A stretch of DNA of 64,000 nucleotides from a virus (IMGVR_UViG_3300028886_000031:32001-96000); one strand, 5' to 3'; positions 30,391 to 40,512 are shown, numbered from the stretch's first letter. Program-made: numbers and translations. The notes: generated by a model not told the origin, from the letters alone.

Positions 30391-30790
30391 TTTAAAAGAA
30401 GGTATGTTTATTAAGTGGAATCCTTTATGGTCAAGATTACCACTTATAATTCTTTTATGTAGTAAAACTGCGGATGATATATTTATAACACAGCTTATTG
30501 TTGGATTAGGTTATTCAGCTTTTAATTACGATCAATTATTGAGTCCAAAGTATGATAAGTATGGATATACAGAAATGCGAAGGTATAAATTCGAAAATTG
30601 TAAAAATGATATTTCACTATCCACAATAGAAGATAAAACACAGATAGAAAATAGATTAAATACACATGTTGAAAGTTACTATAGAGAGTATTTAATACAA
30701 AAAGAATGGGCTAATAATATTCTAGATTGTGCCAATAAGTATTATAAAACTGAAGCAGAAAGTGAGGAAACGAATGTATCAGGAATCTAA
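30377..30790 (+). CDS. Hypothetical protein
   Basis: Likely start MNWTDLKEG. Confidence 0.5.
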   Translation: MNWTDLKEGMFIKWNPLWSRLPLIILLCSKTADDIFITQLIVGLGYSAFNYDQLLSPKYDKYGYTEMRRYKFENCKNDISLSTIEDKTQIENRLNTHVESYYREYLIQKEWANNILDCANKYYKTEAESEETNVSGI

Positions 30791-31010
30791 AACAGTTTAT
30801 GTTTTAAATCAAAAATTGGATAGTGGAGTTATTTGTACATCTGTATTTAGAAAATTTGATTCTTGTGTGAAGAGTGTTCTGGATGAAATAGAAATGCACG
30901 ACACAGAACATGATTTAGATAAAGCCGAAAAAGAGTTAAGAGAACAGTCTTATTATTTTGATGGTGCTACAGAGTATTTCATAGAAGATTGTATAATTAA
31001 CGAGGATTAG
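30774..31010 (+). CDS. Hypothetical protein
   Basis: GAGG RBS before MYQESK. Confidence 0.55.
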   Translation: MYQESKTVYVLNQKLDSGVICTSVFRKFDSCVKSVLDEIEMHDTEHDLDKAEKELREQSYYFDGATEYFIEDCIINED

Positions 31011-31011
31011 G

Positions 31012-31338
31012 ATGGAAATAGTTACTATAAAAAAAGTTATAGAGGAAACTAAAATTAAATATGTTATTGGTGATATTATAAGAATTAATACTGATAAATA
31101 TTCTAATCAAATTGGAATTATTGTAAGTATAGATCAAGAAAAAGACTTATACTATACTTTTATCTTTAACTGTTCTATAGTTGAATCATTTGAAGGAACA
31201 GATATAGATGCAAATTTTGTATATCATATTCCACTTAAAGATCCTTTTGATATAATAAGATATAAAATAGAAGGTGATGTAGTTAAAACCGAACCAGCTA
31301 TTCGATTATTACCAGCAATGAAGAAGGAGATCACATGA
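31012..31338 (+). CDS. Hypothetical SH3/KOW-like protein (paralog 1)
   Basis: KYVIGDIIR...QIGII; similar to the next ORF. Confidence 0.6.
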   Translation: MEIVTIKKVIEETKIKYVIGDIIRINTDKYSNQIGIIVSIDQEKDLYYTFIFNCSIVESFEGTDIDANFVYHIPLKDPFDIIRYKIEGDVVKTEPAIRLLPAMKKEIT

Positions 31339-31625
31339 AAGCAACAGTAAAGAAAAAGGTTGTAAAGGATGTATCTATAGAATATTCTGTTGGTGATATT
31401 GTAAAAAGTACAACAACAGAAGAATTTGGAATTATTGCAGATGCTATACCACAAGATGATACATATTACATTTTCTTTTTTAAAGATAGTGTTTTAGCAC
31501 CATATAATTCGGAATATATAAGTCCAAGCCCTGTATTTCATGTTCCGATAGATGATATATCAGATATAAGAAGATGTTATTTAGATGGTGATAAAGTTAA
31601 GTCTGTTCCTTTAACAATGAAGTAG
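31335..31625 (+). CDS. Hypothetical SH3/KOW-like protein (paralog 2)
   Basis: AAGGAG RBS; EYSVGDIVK...EFGII. Confidence 0.6.
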   Translation: MKATVKKKVVKDVSIEYSVGDIVKSTTTEEFGIIADAIPQDDTYYIFFFKDSVLAPYNSEYISPSPVFHVPIDDISDIRRCYLDGDKVKSVPLTMK

Positions 31626-31634
31626 GAGTAATGA

Positions 31635-33185
31635 ATGACAAACAAGGAATTCATAGAAAAATTAATGACGTGTAGGGAAGAACGTAAAGTAGAAGATACA
31701 TATAATGAAATGTTGCTTTCTTCCTTTCCTAACATTAATATTCAATATCCACACAATTGTGATGGATGTTTTGAAATAGAAAATGAAAATAAAAAGTTAA
31801 AATGTATACTGGAATACAAGTATGATTACAATCTAAAAGAAAAAACAGATAAATGCAAAGTTATTTCTCAGGTTATAGCTTATCTTAAAAAATTTGATGT
31901 TAATGGTGAAACAATACCGGATGTTGTTTTAATAGGTGATATAAATGAGTGTTTTGTAATATCTACAAGATATCTAATTAAATATTTGGATTTAGAAGGA
32001 ATAGATTGGACTATAGCACCTTCTTCATTCTTTGATAATGCTATATTAATGGAAAAATTAACATCTGATGAACAGATTGTTCCTTGGGTGTTTGATATTA
32101 ATGTAGATTTTAATTTTGACGTAGTTAAACAAACACTTATTGATTTTCTAGAATGTGCTCCTAAACTTATAGATATTACAGTACATAACATTGATGGAAT
32201 TTATAGAGATTTTGAAACTAGAGTTATTAAAGATAAGAAGATTAATACAAATGAGAAGATACAGATATTTCTAGGGACAATTACAAATGATGAGAATTAT
32301 GAGATATCGACTAGAAAGAAGAATATATTGACATATCCTACTGCAGAAGATAATTATAGACAGGTCAAAGTAGATACAGATCAATATAATGCTTTTAAAG
32401 GACAATTTAATACAAATATTACACTAAGACAAAAACGTGAAATTACATCTATTTGTGATAGATTATTAGATGATGAAAAAAGAAGATTAAATGGTGAATT
32501 CTATACCCCTACAAAATGGTGTGATTATTTTCATAATAGAATTTGTGAAACAATTAGTCCAAATTGGAAAAGTGAATATGTAGTATGGGATATGTCTTGT
32601 GGGACTAAAAATTTAACAAGAGATTATAATTTTACTGAGTTATATTGTTCTACATTAGAACAAGCAGATTTAAATATAAGTCAGAATTATAACATCAATT
32701 CCGTTAGTTTTAAATATGATTTCTTAAATGATGAATTAGAAAAATTACCAACAGGTTTATTAGAAGCATTTAAACAAAATAAGAAGATTATATTTTATTT
32801 TAATCCACCTTATGGAACGAGTGGCGTTATGTCCACTGAAGAAGGTAATACTAAAGGTAAAGGATTATATAAAACAAAAATTAATAAAGAAATGCTTAAA
32901 TTAAAACTTGCAGAATCTTCCAGACAATTATATGCTCAATTTCTATATAGAATAGTTAAAATTAAACGTCAATTTAATCTGACTAATTGTTATATTTGTA
33001 TAATATGTAATCCTGCATATATGCAGTCTAGTGGTTATAAAAAATTTAGAGAAATATTTTTACAAGAATTTGATTTTGTAGATTCTTGGCTATTTAATGG
33101 TAGTGAATTTAGTAATGTATCTTCTAATTGGGGAATTACATTTACAATATGGAAATCTATAGTAAATCCGGAGGACTTTGTATGA
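31635..33185 (+). CDS. Type IIG-like restriction-modification protein: PD-(D/E)xK nuclease plus amino-methyltransferase
   Basis: CDG...ILEYK, GEFYTP, VWDMSCGTKNL (SAM-binding motif I) and FNPPY (motif IV). Confidence 0.8.
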   Translation: MTNKEFIEKLMTCREERKVEDTYNEMLLSSFPNINIQYPHNCDGCFEIENENKKLKCILEYKYDYNLKEKTDKCKVISQVIAYLKKFDVNGETIPDVVLIGDINECFVISTRYLIKYLDLEGIDWTIAPSSFFDNAILMEKLTSDEQIVPWVFDINVDFNFDVVKQTLIDFLECAPKLIDITVHNIDGIYRDFETRVIKDKKINTNEKIQIFLGTITNDENYEISTRKKNILTYPTAEDNYRQVKVDTDQYNAFKGQFNTNITLRQKREITSICDRLLDDEKRRLNGEFYTPTKWCDYFHNRICETISPNWKSEYVVWDMSCGTKNLTRDYNFTELYCSTLEQADLNISQNYNINSVSFKYDFLNDELEKLPTGLLEAFKQNKKIIFYFNPPYGTSGVMSTEEGNTKGKGLYKTKINKEMLKLKLAESSRQLYAQFLYRIVKIKRQFNLTNCYICIICNPAYMQSSGYKKFREIFLQEFDFVDSWLFNGSEFSNVSSNWGITFTIWKSIVNPEDFV

Positions 33186-34120
33186 GGACAGAATTTCCAC
33201 AGAAAATTGCTGATAGTAATGAAACTAAAATATTTTATAATAGAGATAATAATATTGGTACATTATTGGAGTGGTATAGAGAACCAATCAAAAATTTAAA
33301 AAATAAAATAGAATATTTAGCATTAAAAAGCGGAATTATACCAGTATCAGATGAATGTAAAAAATGTTGCTTAATAGAAAATTCTTTTGGATCTCTAATT
33401 TCTTGTTGTAATAATATATATCAAAGTACGATGTTTGTATTTCTGATGACTTGTCCAAATACACAAAAAAATGGTAGTGCTTTAGATAATACATCTATCC
33501 TTCCACAAAATTTCTTAAAATGTGTATCAGCGTTTACTGCTAGAAAAGCTATAGATTCTACATGGATAAATCAAAAAGATGAATATATGGCTCCAAATGA
33601 ACAACATCCAAAATTCCAGCAATTCCAGAATGATTCTATAATATACTCTCTATTCAATTCTTCATCACAACAAACATCTCTTCGTAATATTCAATATCAT
33701 AATAAAACATGGAATATTAGAAATAACTTCTTCTGGTGTTCTAATTCTTGGATTAAAGCATTAGCTGAATTATATAACAATGAACAAGTATATAATGATT
33801 TAATTCAATATCCAACAGATCCTTATGTATATACTTTAATAGGTCAAAAAATAACAAATAGAGAACCTTTTGGTAGAACAGCATTACAAGTTCTAGATAA
33901 AGCTTCTCATCTATTAGAAACTACTTTTCAATATAGAAATGAGTTTAACAATGAACATCCAGAATATCAAGTTTGCAATTGGGATTGCGGATATTATCAG
34001 TTAAAACCAATGTGGAAAAAGTATAAAGAAAAAGAGTTTAAAGAATTTAGAGAATTATATTTAACATTTAGAGATGAGTTAAAACCTTTGGTATATGAAC
34101 TTGGATTCTTAAAGGAGTAA
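33182..34120 (+). CDS. Probable C-terminal/target-recognition part of the R-M system
   Basis: GGAGG RBS and ATGA overlap with the MTase stop; function inferred from position. Confidence 0.55.
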   Translation: MRTEFPQKIADSNETKIFYNRDNNIGTLLEWYREPIKNLKNKIEYLALKSGIIPVSDECKKCCLIENSFGSLISCCNNIYQSTMFVFLMTCPNTQKNGSALDNTSILPQNFLKCVSAFTARKAIDSTWINQKDEYMAPNEQHPKFQQFQNDSIIYSLFNSSSQQTSLRNIQYHNKTWNIRNNFFWCSNSWIKALAELYNNEQVYNDLIQYPTDPYVYTLIGQKITNREPFGRTALQVLDKASHLLETTFQYRNEFNNEHPEYQVCNWDCGYYQLKPMWKKYKEKEFKEFRELYLTFRDELKPLVYELGFLKE

Positions 34121-34126
34121 TAAACA

Positions 34127-34432
34127 ATGGCATGTGATTCAAAACAGTTTTTGAAAGAAGTTGATGAATTTGTCAAAAATATTCTTAGTAAAAGTAGCTG
34201 GCTATTTGGACTTGGTGAGAAACGTGAAAAAGAAATTTATGATTATTTAGACTCTAAGTTTAATGGACATGAAATATACTATAGAAGAAGTGAGCCAACA
34301 TGTACTCAAGCAGAAATACTATTGAGATTAAAAGTTTTAAATAAATATGGAACTGGAAATGATATAATTATTTATAATTTTGATGTCAATGGAATTCCTG
34401 GTAGGTTATATTATAAAATAGAAAAGGAATAA
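34127..34432 (+). CDS. Hypothetical protein
   Basis: AAGGAG RBS. Confidence 0.55.
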   Translation: MACDSKQFLKEVDEFVKNILSKSSWLFGLGEKREKEIYDYLDSKFNGHEIYYRRSEPTCTQAEILLRLKVLNKYGTGNDIIIYNFDVNGIPGRLYYKIEKE

Positions 34433-34437
34433 TTCGA

Positions 34438-35781
34438 ATGCCAGAGCACATAATACAACCAACTGGAACTCTTCTATCACAATGTGAAGAGCTATATGGC
34501 AGATATGGTAGATATATTAATAAATGGAGAGCTTTTCCATTATACGAGGATGGATTAAAATTAGCTGAAAGAAGAATATTGTACTCTGAATATTTAACTG
34601 CTAGAAAGAAATATACAAAGTCTGCAGAAGTTGTTGGATATTGTATTGGTAAACTCCACCCGCATGGCGACCAAAGCGCATATCAAACATTGGTTCAATT
34701 GTGTAATTGTGGATTAAGTGATTACAATGGTAATTTTGGTACATCTATTGGATTACATGATGAACCTGCTGCAGCTATGAGATATACAGAGGTAAAAATG
34801 AATCAAGATGTTGTAAACATGGCTTTTCAACATCTTGATTTTATACCATTTGAAGAATTGGAATTACCTACAAAGGAACCAATATATTTAGCATCTAAAT
34901 TTCCATTCTGTTTGTTGAGAAAGACAAATTATTGTATTGGACTTGGATTTGGATTCAGAACATATATGCCATCTTATACAAAGGAAGATCTTGTTAAACG
35001 TCTTAATTGGCTCTTAACTAAACAAGGTGCGGAGCCAATTATTAGACCAGTGACAGATTGTACTTTTGATAAGGATGATGAACCTTTTAAAGAACTTCTT
35101 ACAAAAGGTAAAGCAAAGATAATGTACAAAGGAAAAGTCAAACTAGATAAGGTAAATAAAGCCGTAATAGTTAATTCCATATCTCCAGCTAGGAAATGGA
35201 CTGGATTGTTAAATAAGTTAAAGGATCAAATACAAGTTCAAAAATCTATAGGATTCTTGGACGAATCATGTGGTGATAAAACGGAAGTTGTCTTTAAGGC
35301 AATTAAACGTGGTCAGGATATGGAGAAACTATATAAGTTAATTCAAAAGAATGTCTGCGGTGAGGTTTCCTTTACATGCAACGTATGTGATGTAGATGGA
35401 AACGTTAAGACTGTTTCGATAGATGAGCTTTTACTTAAATCTTATGAGACATATAAACAAGCTAACATTAAGATGTTAGAGTTTAATATTAAGAAATGCC
35501 AACAAATTATAGATGAATTAATATTGGTATCTAAAGTAAAGAAAGTTTTGCCTAAATGGCTTAAAGAGTGTCCAGAAGACATAGATGCTCTTATTAACGG
35601 TGTTTCTATGGATACATCTATTGATAAAGATGTTCTTAAAGAAATGTTTGATAAATATACGATACCACGTTTTCTTAAGTGCAAAACAGATACTGATGAT
35701 ATGCGTAAGAAAATGGATATTTTTAAAAATGATTTAGTTAACATCAACAACTTTGTCTGGAGGCTTTATGAACAGCTGTAA
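34438..35781 (+). CDS. gyrA: Type IIA DNA topoisomerase subunit A (GyrA/ParC-like, no C-terminal pinwheel)
   Basis: DGLK..ERR, KSAEVVG, HPHGD, AAAMRYTE catalytic Tyr; only 447 aa. Confidence 0.92.
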   Translation: MPEHIIQPTGTLLSQCEELYGRYGRYINKWRAFPLYEDGLKLAERRILYSEYLTARKKYTKSAEVVGYCIGKLHPHGDQSAYQTLVQLCNCGLSDYNGNFGTSIGLHDEPAAAMRYTEVKMNQDVVNMAFQHLDFIPFEELELPTKEPIYLASKFPFCLLRKTNYCIGLGFGFRTYMPSYTKEDLVKRLNWLLTKQGAEPIIRPVTDCTFDKDDEPFKELLTKGKAKIMYKGKVKLDKVNKAVIVNSISPARKWTGLLNKLKDQIQVQKSIGFLDESCGDKTEVVFKAIKRGQDMEKLYKLIQKNVCGEVSFTCNVCDVDGNVKTVSIDELLLKSYETYKQANIKMLEFNIKKCQQIIDELILVSKVKKVLPKWLKECPEDIDALINGVSMDTSIDKDVLKEMFDKYTIPRFLKCKTDTDDMRKKMDIFKNDLVNINNFVWRLYEQL

Positions 35782-36232
35782 ACTATTCGAGACACTCTCC
35801 AAATCCAATTGTAACTTAACGGAAGAATATAATCCAAAATCTTACGATTGTACGGAATCTTGTCCATGGTATTCTAAATGTTTCTATAATTGTGAATGTC
35901 CACCTCAAAATCCAAGATTACAGGAGTTCTTTGGTGGATGGCAGAAGTATGCTAGATATGATATAAATGATAAGAAATGTGTTTTATCTAGTATAAATTG
36001 TCCAATTATTAACATATTGCATCTAATTAGTCCAAATAAGGTAGATGATATAATTATTTATAGAGTAGCAAAAAAGAATAAGACACAAAAGAAGTATAAT
36101 ATACGATATTATTGTGTACAGGGCAATAAAACCAAACTGTGTGCTGATATCGTAGAATTGAATAATTTTATGGATAAACGTTGCAGTTATTCAGGAAGAA
36201 AAATTAATCTGGAGGATTTTAAAAATGTTTGA
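35768..36232 (+). CDS. Cys-rich hypothetical protein
   Basis: GGAGG RBS; CTESCPWYSKCFYNCEC. Confidence 0.5.
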   Translation: MNSCKLFETLSKSNCNLTEEYNPKSYDCTESCPWYSKCFYNCECPPQNPRLQEFFGGWQKYARYDINDKKCVLSSINCPIINILHLISPNKVDDIIIYRVAKKNKTQKKYNIRYYCVQGNKTKLCADIVELNNFMDKRCSYSGRKINLEDFKNV

Positions 36233-36674
36233 ATGTAGTAAAACCTATAAGTTTGAATACGCACATCAGCTATTCACATCATATACAAATTTATGTCATG
36301 AAACAATTCATGGTCATAGTGGAAAAGTAAGAATTACTTTTAGAAATAATGAAAATGCCACATTAGATAAAGATAACATGGTCATAGATTTTGGTAAGAT
36401 TAGTGCTACCATAAAAGAATCACTAATGAGTAAATATGATCATGCATTGTTTATCCCAAAGGATTTTCCAAAGGAATATTTGGATATACTTGGTAAATAT
36501 AATAAAAGACTTACAATTACGGATAAGAATCCAACTGCTGAACAATTTGCGTATGATATATTCTATTTTGTAAAGCATATTTTACAATCAGAACCAAATA
36601 ATTGGATGATTTGCGTTACTAAAGTAGAGTTTTGGGAAACGGAATCTGGCTGTGCTACATATCAGGAAAGATAA
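36225..36674 (+). CDS. queD: 6-carboxy-5,6,7,8-tetrahydropterin synthase
   Basis: FEYAHQL, C...IHGHS, MVIDFG, NPTAE, FWETE. Confidence 0.9.
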   Translation: MFECSKTYKFEYAHQLFTSYTNLCHETIHGHSGKVRITFRNNENATLDKDNMVIDFGKISATIKESLMSKYDHALFIPKDFPKEYLDILGKYNKRLTITDKNPTAEQFAYDIFYFVKHILQSEPNNWMICVTKVEFWETESGCATYQER

Positions 36675-36676
36675 TT

Positions 36677-38074
36677 ATGGTTTTAAAAGTTGGTTCTTCA
36701 ATTGAGATCCCAGGAGACTGTAAAAATGTCTTCTGGGTATCTCAAGTTCTAAATGATCTAACAAGAACTCAAAAAAGTTATAATGATCCAGATACTGTTG
36801 AAACTGTCACGTTCTACGAATTAAAAAATAATAAGATTAAAATTCCTAGGTTGTATAATTTAGCTAGATATGGTGTAGAACTAGAGGAGTATAAGACAGA
36901 AGGGGAAGATATAAACATAAATAATGTGTTTAGTCCAAGAAATGAACTTCAAGTAGAGGGCGTTAAATACTTCTGTACACATAATGATGGAATTTTAAAG
37001 TTAAATCCTGGTGAGGGTAAAACAATTATTTCTATTATTGCTATATGTACATTAAAGAAAAAATCCATTATATTTGTACACAAGGACAGTCTTGTATCTC
37101 AATGGAAAGAAAGATTCTTACAAGCATCTGATATTAAGGAAGAGGATATTGGAATTCTAGATACATCCAAATATTTAGAAGTTATTAAGAAACCGATAGT
37201 TATAGGTACTGTTCAGACAATGAACAGTATGATTAAAAAATATCCAACATTAGAGGAAGACTTCAGAAAAGCTAATTTTGGAATTGGTATATGGGACGAG
37301 TGTCATACAACTGGAGGTGCTCCGTTGTTCTCAAAATCTATATATTATATTCCAGCAAGAAGATGTTTTGGATTAAGTGCCACGCCATCTAGAAGTGACC
37401 ATAATGATGATATAATTGGAATGCACCTTGGTAATGTAGTAGAGCCAAAAGGAAAATCTGATACATTAAAACCAAGAATTGTGATGACATATTTTGATTT
37501 TCTTGTAATGTCCACTTTCTCGTATTACATAAATTATGGATTCCCTGATAAAGATGGAAAAAGACAGTCTTATGCACAGTTTGATAAAAATAGATATTTA
37601 TCTATGTTAACATCTAAAAAACAAACACGATACATTAGAACTGTACATAAGATAATAGATGTTATTTATAAGAAGAACAGAAACATTTTGGTATTATGCG
37701 ATAGAATTAAAATTATAGATAAACTTGCCGCTGGTTTCCCGGAAGAGGATGTTGGATTCTTTCTACCTAGAACTGGAAAGGATAGGGACAAACATCTACA
37801 CAGAAAGATTGTATTCTCTACTCCTGGATCAGCAAGAGACGGAACAGATAATCCTGAGCTAGATTGTTTAATATTGGCTACGCCGCTGGGAAATTTAGAT
37901 CAAGCGATTGGAAGAGTAACACGAATGAAAAGTGGTAAAGCACAACCAATTGTTATTGATATAGTAGATTCTGGTTGTCCCGAAATGGTAAAATGGGGTG
38001 ATTACAGAAAAAGACAATATGAACAGAAAAAACAAGAATCCGGTTGGATGTTAGAAGAAAAGTTTTTAAAATAA
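36677..38074 (+). CDS. Superfamily 2 DExH helicase (UvsW/XPB-like)
   Basis: PGEGKT, DECH, GLSATP, QAIGRVTR. Confidence 0.88.
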   Translation: MVLKVGSSIEIPGDCKNVFWVSQVLNDLTRTQKSYNDPDTVETVTFYELKNNKIKIPRLYNLARYGVELEEYKTEGEDININNVFSPRNELQVEGVKYFCTHNDGILKLNPGEGKTIISIIAICTLKKKSIIFVHKDSLVSQWKERFLQASDIKEEDIGILDTSKYLEVIKKPIVIGTVQTMNSMIKKYPTLEEDFRKANFGIGIWDECHTTGGAPLFSKSIYYIPARRCFGLSATPSRSDHNDDIIGMHLGNVVEPKGKSDTLKPRIVMTYFDFLVMSTFSYYINYGFPDKDGKRQSYAQFDKNRYLSMLTSKKQTRYIRTVHKIIDVIYKKNRNILVLCDRIKIIDKLAAGFPEEDVGFFLPRTGKDRDKHLHRKIVFSTPGSARDGTDNPELDCLILATPLGNLDQAIGRVTRMKSGKAQPIVIDIVDSGCPEMVKWGDYRKRQYEQKKQESGWMLEEKFLK

Positions 38075-38400
38075 TGTTAACTGTTAAACAAAAATTAATG
38101 TATGCAACTATAAAGAAATTATTTTCTAAGTTACATACAAAAAATACAGAGTTTTCTATGGATTATTGCAAATCCGTAATGAAAACGACAGTGAAGGAAC
38201 TGTATAAAATATATCCTGATAAGAATGTGGGTAAGTTATCTGTTAATTGGTTCGATGAAAAATTTAACAAAACACCAGAAATAGATAAAAACACATATTG
38301 TTTTGAGATAAACTTTCATGATATATACCATGAAATGCCTTGGCTTATATGCAGATTTTACAAAGGTCAAGCAAAGGTATCACTCTATCTCATCCAATAG
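38074..38400 (+). CDS. Hypothetical protein
   Basis: TAATG coupling to the helicase stop. Confidence 0.5.
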   Translation: MLTVKQKLMYATIKKLFSKLHTKNTEFSMDYCKSVMKTTVKELYKIYPDKNVGKLSVNWFDEKFNKTPEIDKNTYCFEINFHDIYHEMPWLICRFYKGQAKVSLYLIQ

Positions 38401-38466
38401 AAAAATATAACTTTAAGCATAATATAATATATGTTATGAAAACAATAAACAAGAAAGATTCATATT

Positions 38467-38955
38467 ATGAATAATACAAACGAAAAAGTTATTCTAGAAG
38501 CAAAACTTCCAGCTCAGAAAAAAGAACAAAATATTCTAAAGTTGTCCATTAATGAAGAACAAGCATCAGCAAATATCGCAAAGAGTCTTGTTCAAGATTT
38601 CATGACATTAATAACTATTGCTGGTTTAAAGGCAGTATTTTTGAAATTTCCAGATAGAGCTGAGTTTTTACAACAGCTTAAAGATGCTTGGAAACATAGA
38701 ACATCTACTCAGATTGCTGAGGAAACAAAAATCTTCCAGAGTTCTATTATGGAAGCTTTTAGTTCTGAGGCAAGCGTCTCCAAGGAGACAACTGACAGGA
38801 TGAATAAACAATTAGAGTCTTTTTATGCTACTAGAGATAAGTCTGTTAAGATAGCTGAAGATGCTATTGATAATATTATCAAAGCAATAGTAGAAGATGA
38901 TGCAAATGATAAAACTGAAACACCCAAGACGGAGAACACGAATGAAGCACGATAA
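38467..38955 (+). CDS. Hypothetical helical protein
   Basis: ORF after an AT-rich intergenic region. Confidence 0.6.
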   Translation: MNNTNEKVILEAKLPAQKKEQNILKLSINEEQASANIAKSLVQDFMTLITIAGLKAVFLKFPDRAEFLQQLKDAWKHRTSTQIAEETKIFQSSIMEAFSSEASVSKETTDRMNKQLESFYATRDKSVKIAEDAIDNIIKAIVEDDANDKTETPKTENTNEAR

Positions 38956-40006
38956 AGAAACGTATCTTCGGCGTATTGAGATGAATCTCGATAACGCCAA
39001 TTATAGTGCGGAGAAGAAGGCTGAAATTTTTGCCAGACTCCGCATTAATAATATGGATAAGAATATAGAGAACTATCGCTGGAAGTCTATCCGTAAATAT
39101 TTCTTACATGATGTAGATCCTTTGAATATTAGGTTCTATAAAGTTATAGATCTCTGTTCAGCAGTTGTCATAAGGAATCCAGAGACAGATACGTATTCTG
39201 TGGCGTTTAGTTTTATACATCCATCAGATCTTAATATATATCCTTTTTATGATGAGTATAAGAAATGGACGTTAATTAATTACATCCGTGGAAAGTTTAA
39301 GTACGAAGGTATTAAGGCTAGAAGTTCCATTAATGCTATTTGTATAGCATATAATCAGAATAGCTCCAAATTTCCTAAGAATAGACTTTTGTTGCCTGAG
39401 CAGGGTCTTCCTAAGAAGATTGTTCCGTATCTTTATCTCAGAGATATATCTAGTTTTGTGTATGATACTCCAGTACAAGCATGTGATGACATCACGATTC
39501 AGGATATAAAGAATGGTATCTTGAATAGACCGGAAATTCTGGATAAACTTAGTACTAAGTATAGTCTCAGTAAGAACAAGTTGAAGGCTAGTGGAGTAGA
39601 TATTAGGGAAGTGAGATATTATTTAACATTCCAGAACATGAATTGTATGGTAATACGCAACAACGGTAAGTTTACAGTTACGTTTAGCTTCATGTCACCT
39701 AAGGAATCTATTGTATTCAAGAAGTTCTATAATAATCCAGTTGATATTGTTCTCTCTGGAAAACTTACATTGATAGAAAATTATCTGGCAAATAAGTTCA
39801 CATATATTGTAGATGATTCCAATAACAGTCTCTCTGCTGTTGTAAGGGCATTTAACTCTAATAAGAATAAGTTTCCGAATAAAATTTATAAGAGGCTGAA
39901 GATGGACATCAAGTTTGCTCCAGCACTAGGAACATCTGAAAATTATTATAATGAACTTAAAACCATTAAGTTTATGCCGGATGTTACAACACAGCAAACG
40001 TTTTAA
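38942..40006 (+). CDS. Hypothetical protein with internal domain duplication
   Basis: GGAG RBS; two similar domains (VIRN..YSVAFSFIHP / VIRN..FTVTFSFMSP). Confidence 0.65.
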   Translation: MKHDKETYLRRIEMNLDNANYSAEKKAEIFARLRINNMDKNIENYRWKSIRKYFLHDVDPLNIRFYKVIDLCSAVVIRNPETDTYSVAFSFIHPSDLNIYPFYDEYKKWTLINYIRGKFKYEGIKARSSINAICIAYNQNSSKFPKNRLLLPEQGLPKKIVPYLYLRDISSFVYDTPVQACDDITIQDIKNGILNRPEILDKLSTKYSLSKNKLKASGVDIREVRYYLTFQNMNCMVIRNNGKFTVTFSFMSPKESIVFKKFYNNPVDIVLSGKLTLIENYLANKFTYIVDDSNNSLSAVVRAFNSNKNKFPNKIYKRLKMDIKFAPALGTSENYYNELKTIKFMPDVTTQQTF

Positions 40007-40026
40007 TTAATTAGAGGATCATATAT

Positions 40027-40446
40027 ATGTTAATATTACCATCAGTAGGTGCTACTGTAAGTAAGATTCAATTAAATGAGTCTGCTACAAGGGCAAGAAT
40101 TACATTTAGTGATGGGAGCTCTACCATTGTTTCTACTGTAAACACGCCAACTAAAAAAACTGTTTCCAAAACAATGGTATCTCCAAATAAAGTAGTAAAG
40201 AAGAAGGTCGTCATTCATAAAGAATCTGCTGGAATGCCAATGTACAAGCAGTTTAAAACACGTGATGGACAGATCATTCCAGTCCCAACAATGGATCAAT
40301 CTAAGATGCAACTTATAGAGGCAAAGAAGATTGATGTTATTGCCCGTGCTAAGAAACGTGCTGAAATGCTAGAGGCTAAGACAATGGATGCCTCAGCAAA
40401 GATGGTAGCAGATATGAAGGACGGCGAAGAGATAAATATGACTTAA
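40027..40446 (+). CDS. Hypothetical basic protein
   Basis: GAGG RBS. Confidence 0.55.
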   Translation: MLILPSVGATVSKIQLNESATRARITFSDGSSTIVSTVNTPTKKTVSKTMVSPNKVVKKKVVIHKESAGMPMYKQFKTRDGQIIPVPTMDQSKMQLIEAKKIDVIARAKKRAEMLEAKTMDASAKMVADMKDGEEINMT

Positions 40447-40512
40447 AGATATTAAATCTACTTAAAATGTTCTCTAGATGTTAAATATATTAATATATGA
40501 ATAAGAATACAA

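Noticed and set aside
35768-36232. Cys-rich ORF before queD as QueE
   Set aside because: It has CNL and CPW fragments but no CxxxCxxC/CX14CX2C spacing, no GGEP motif, and is too short
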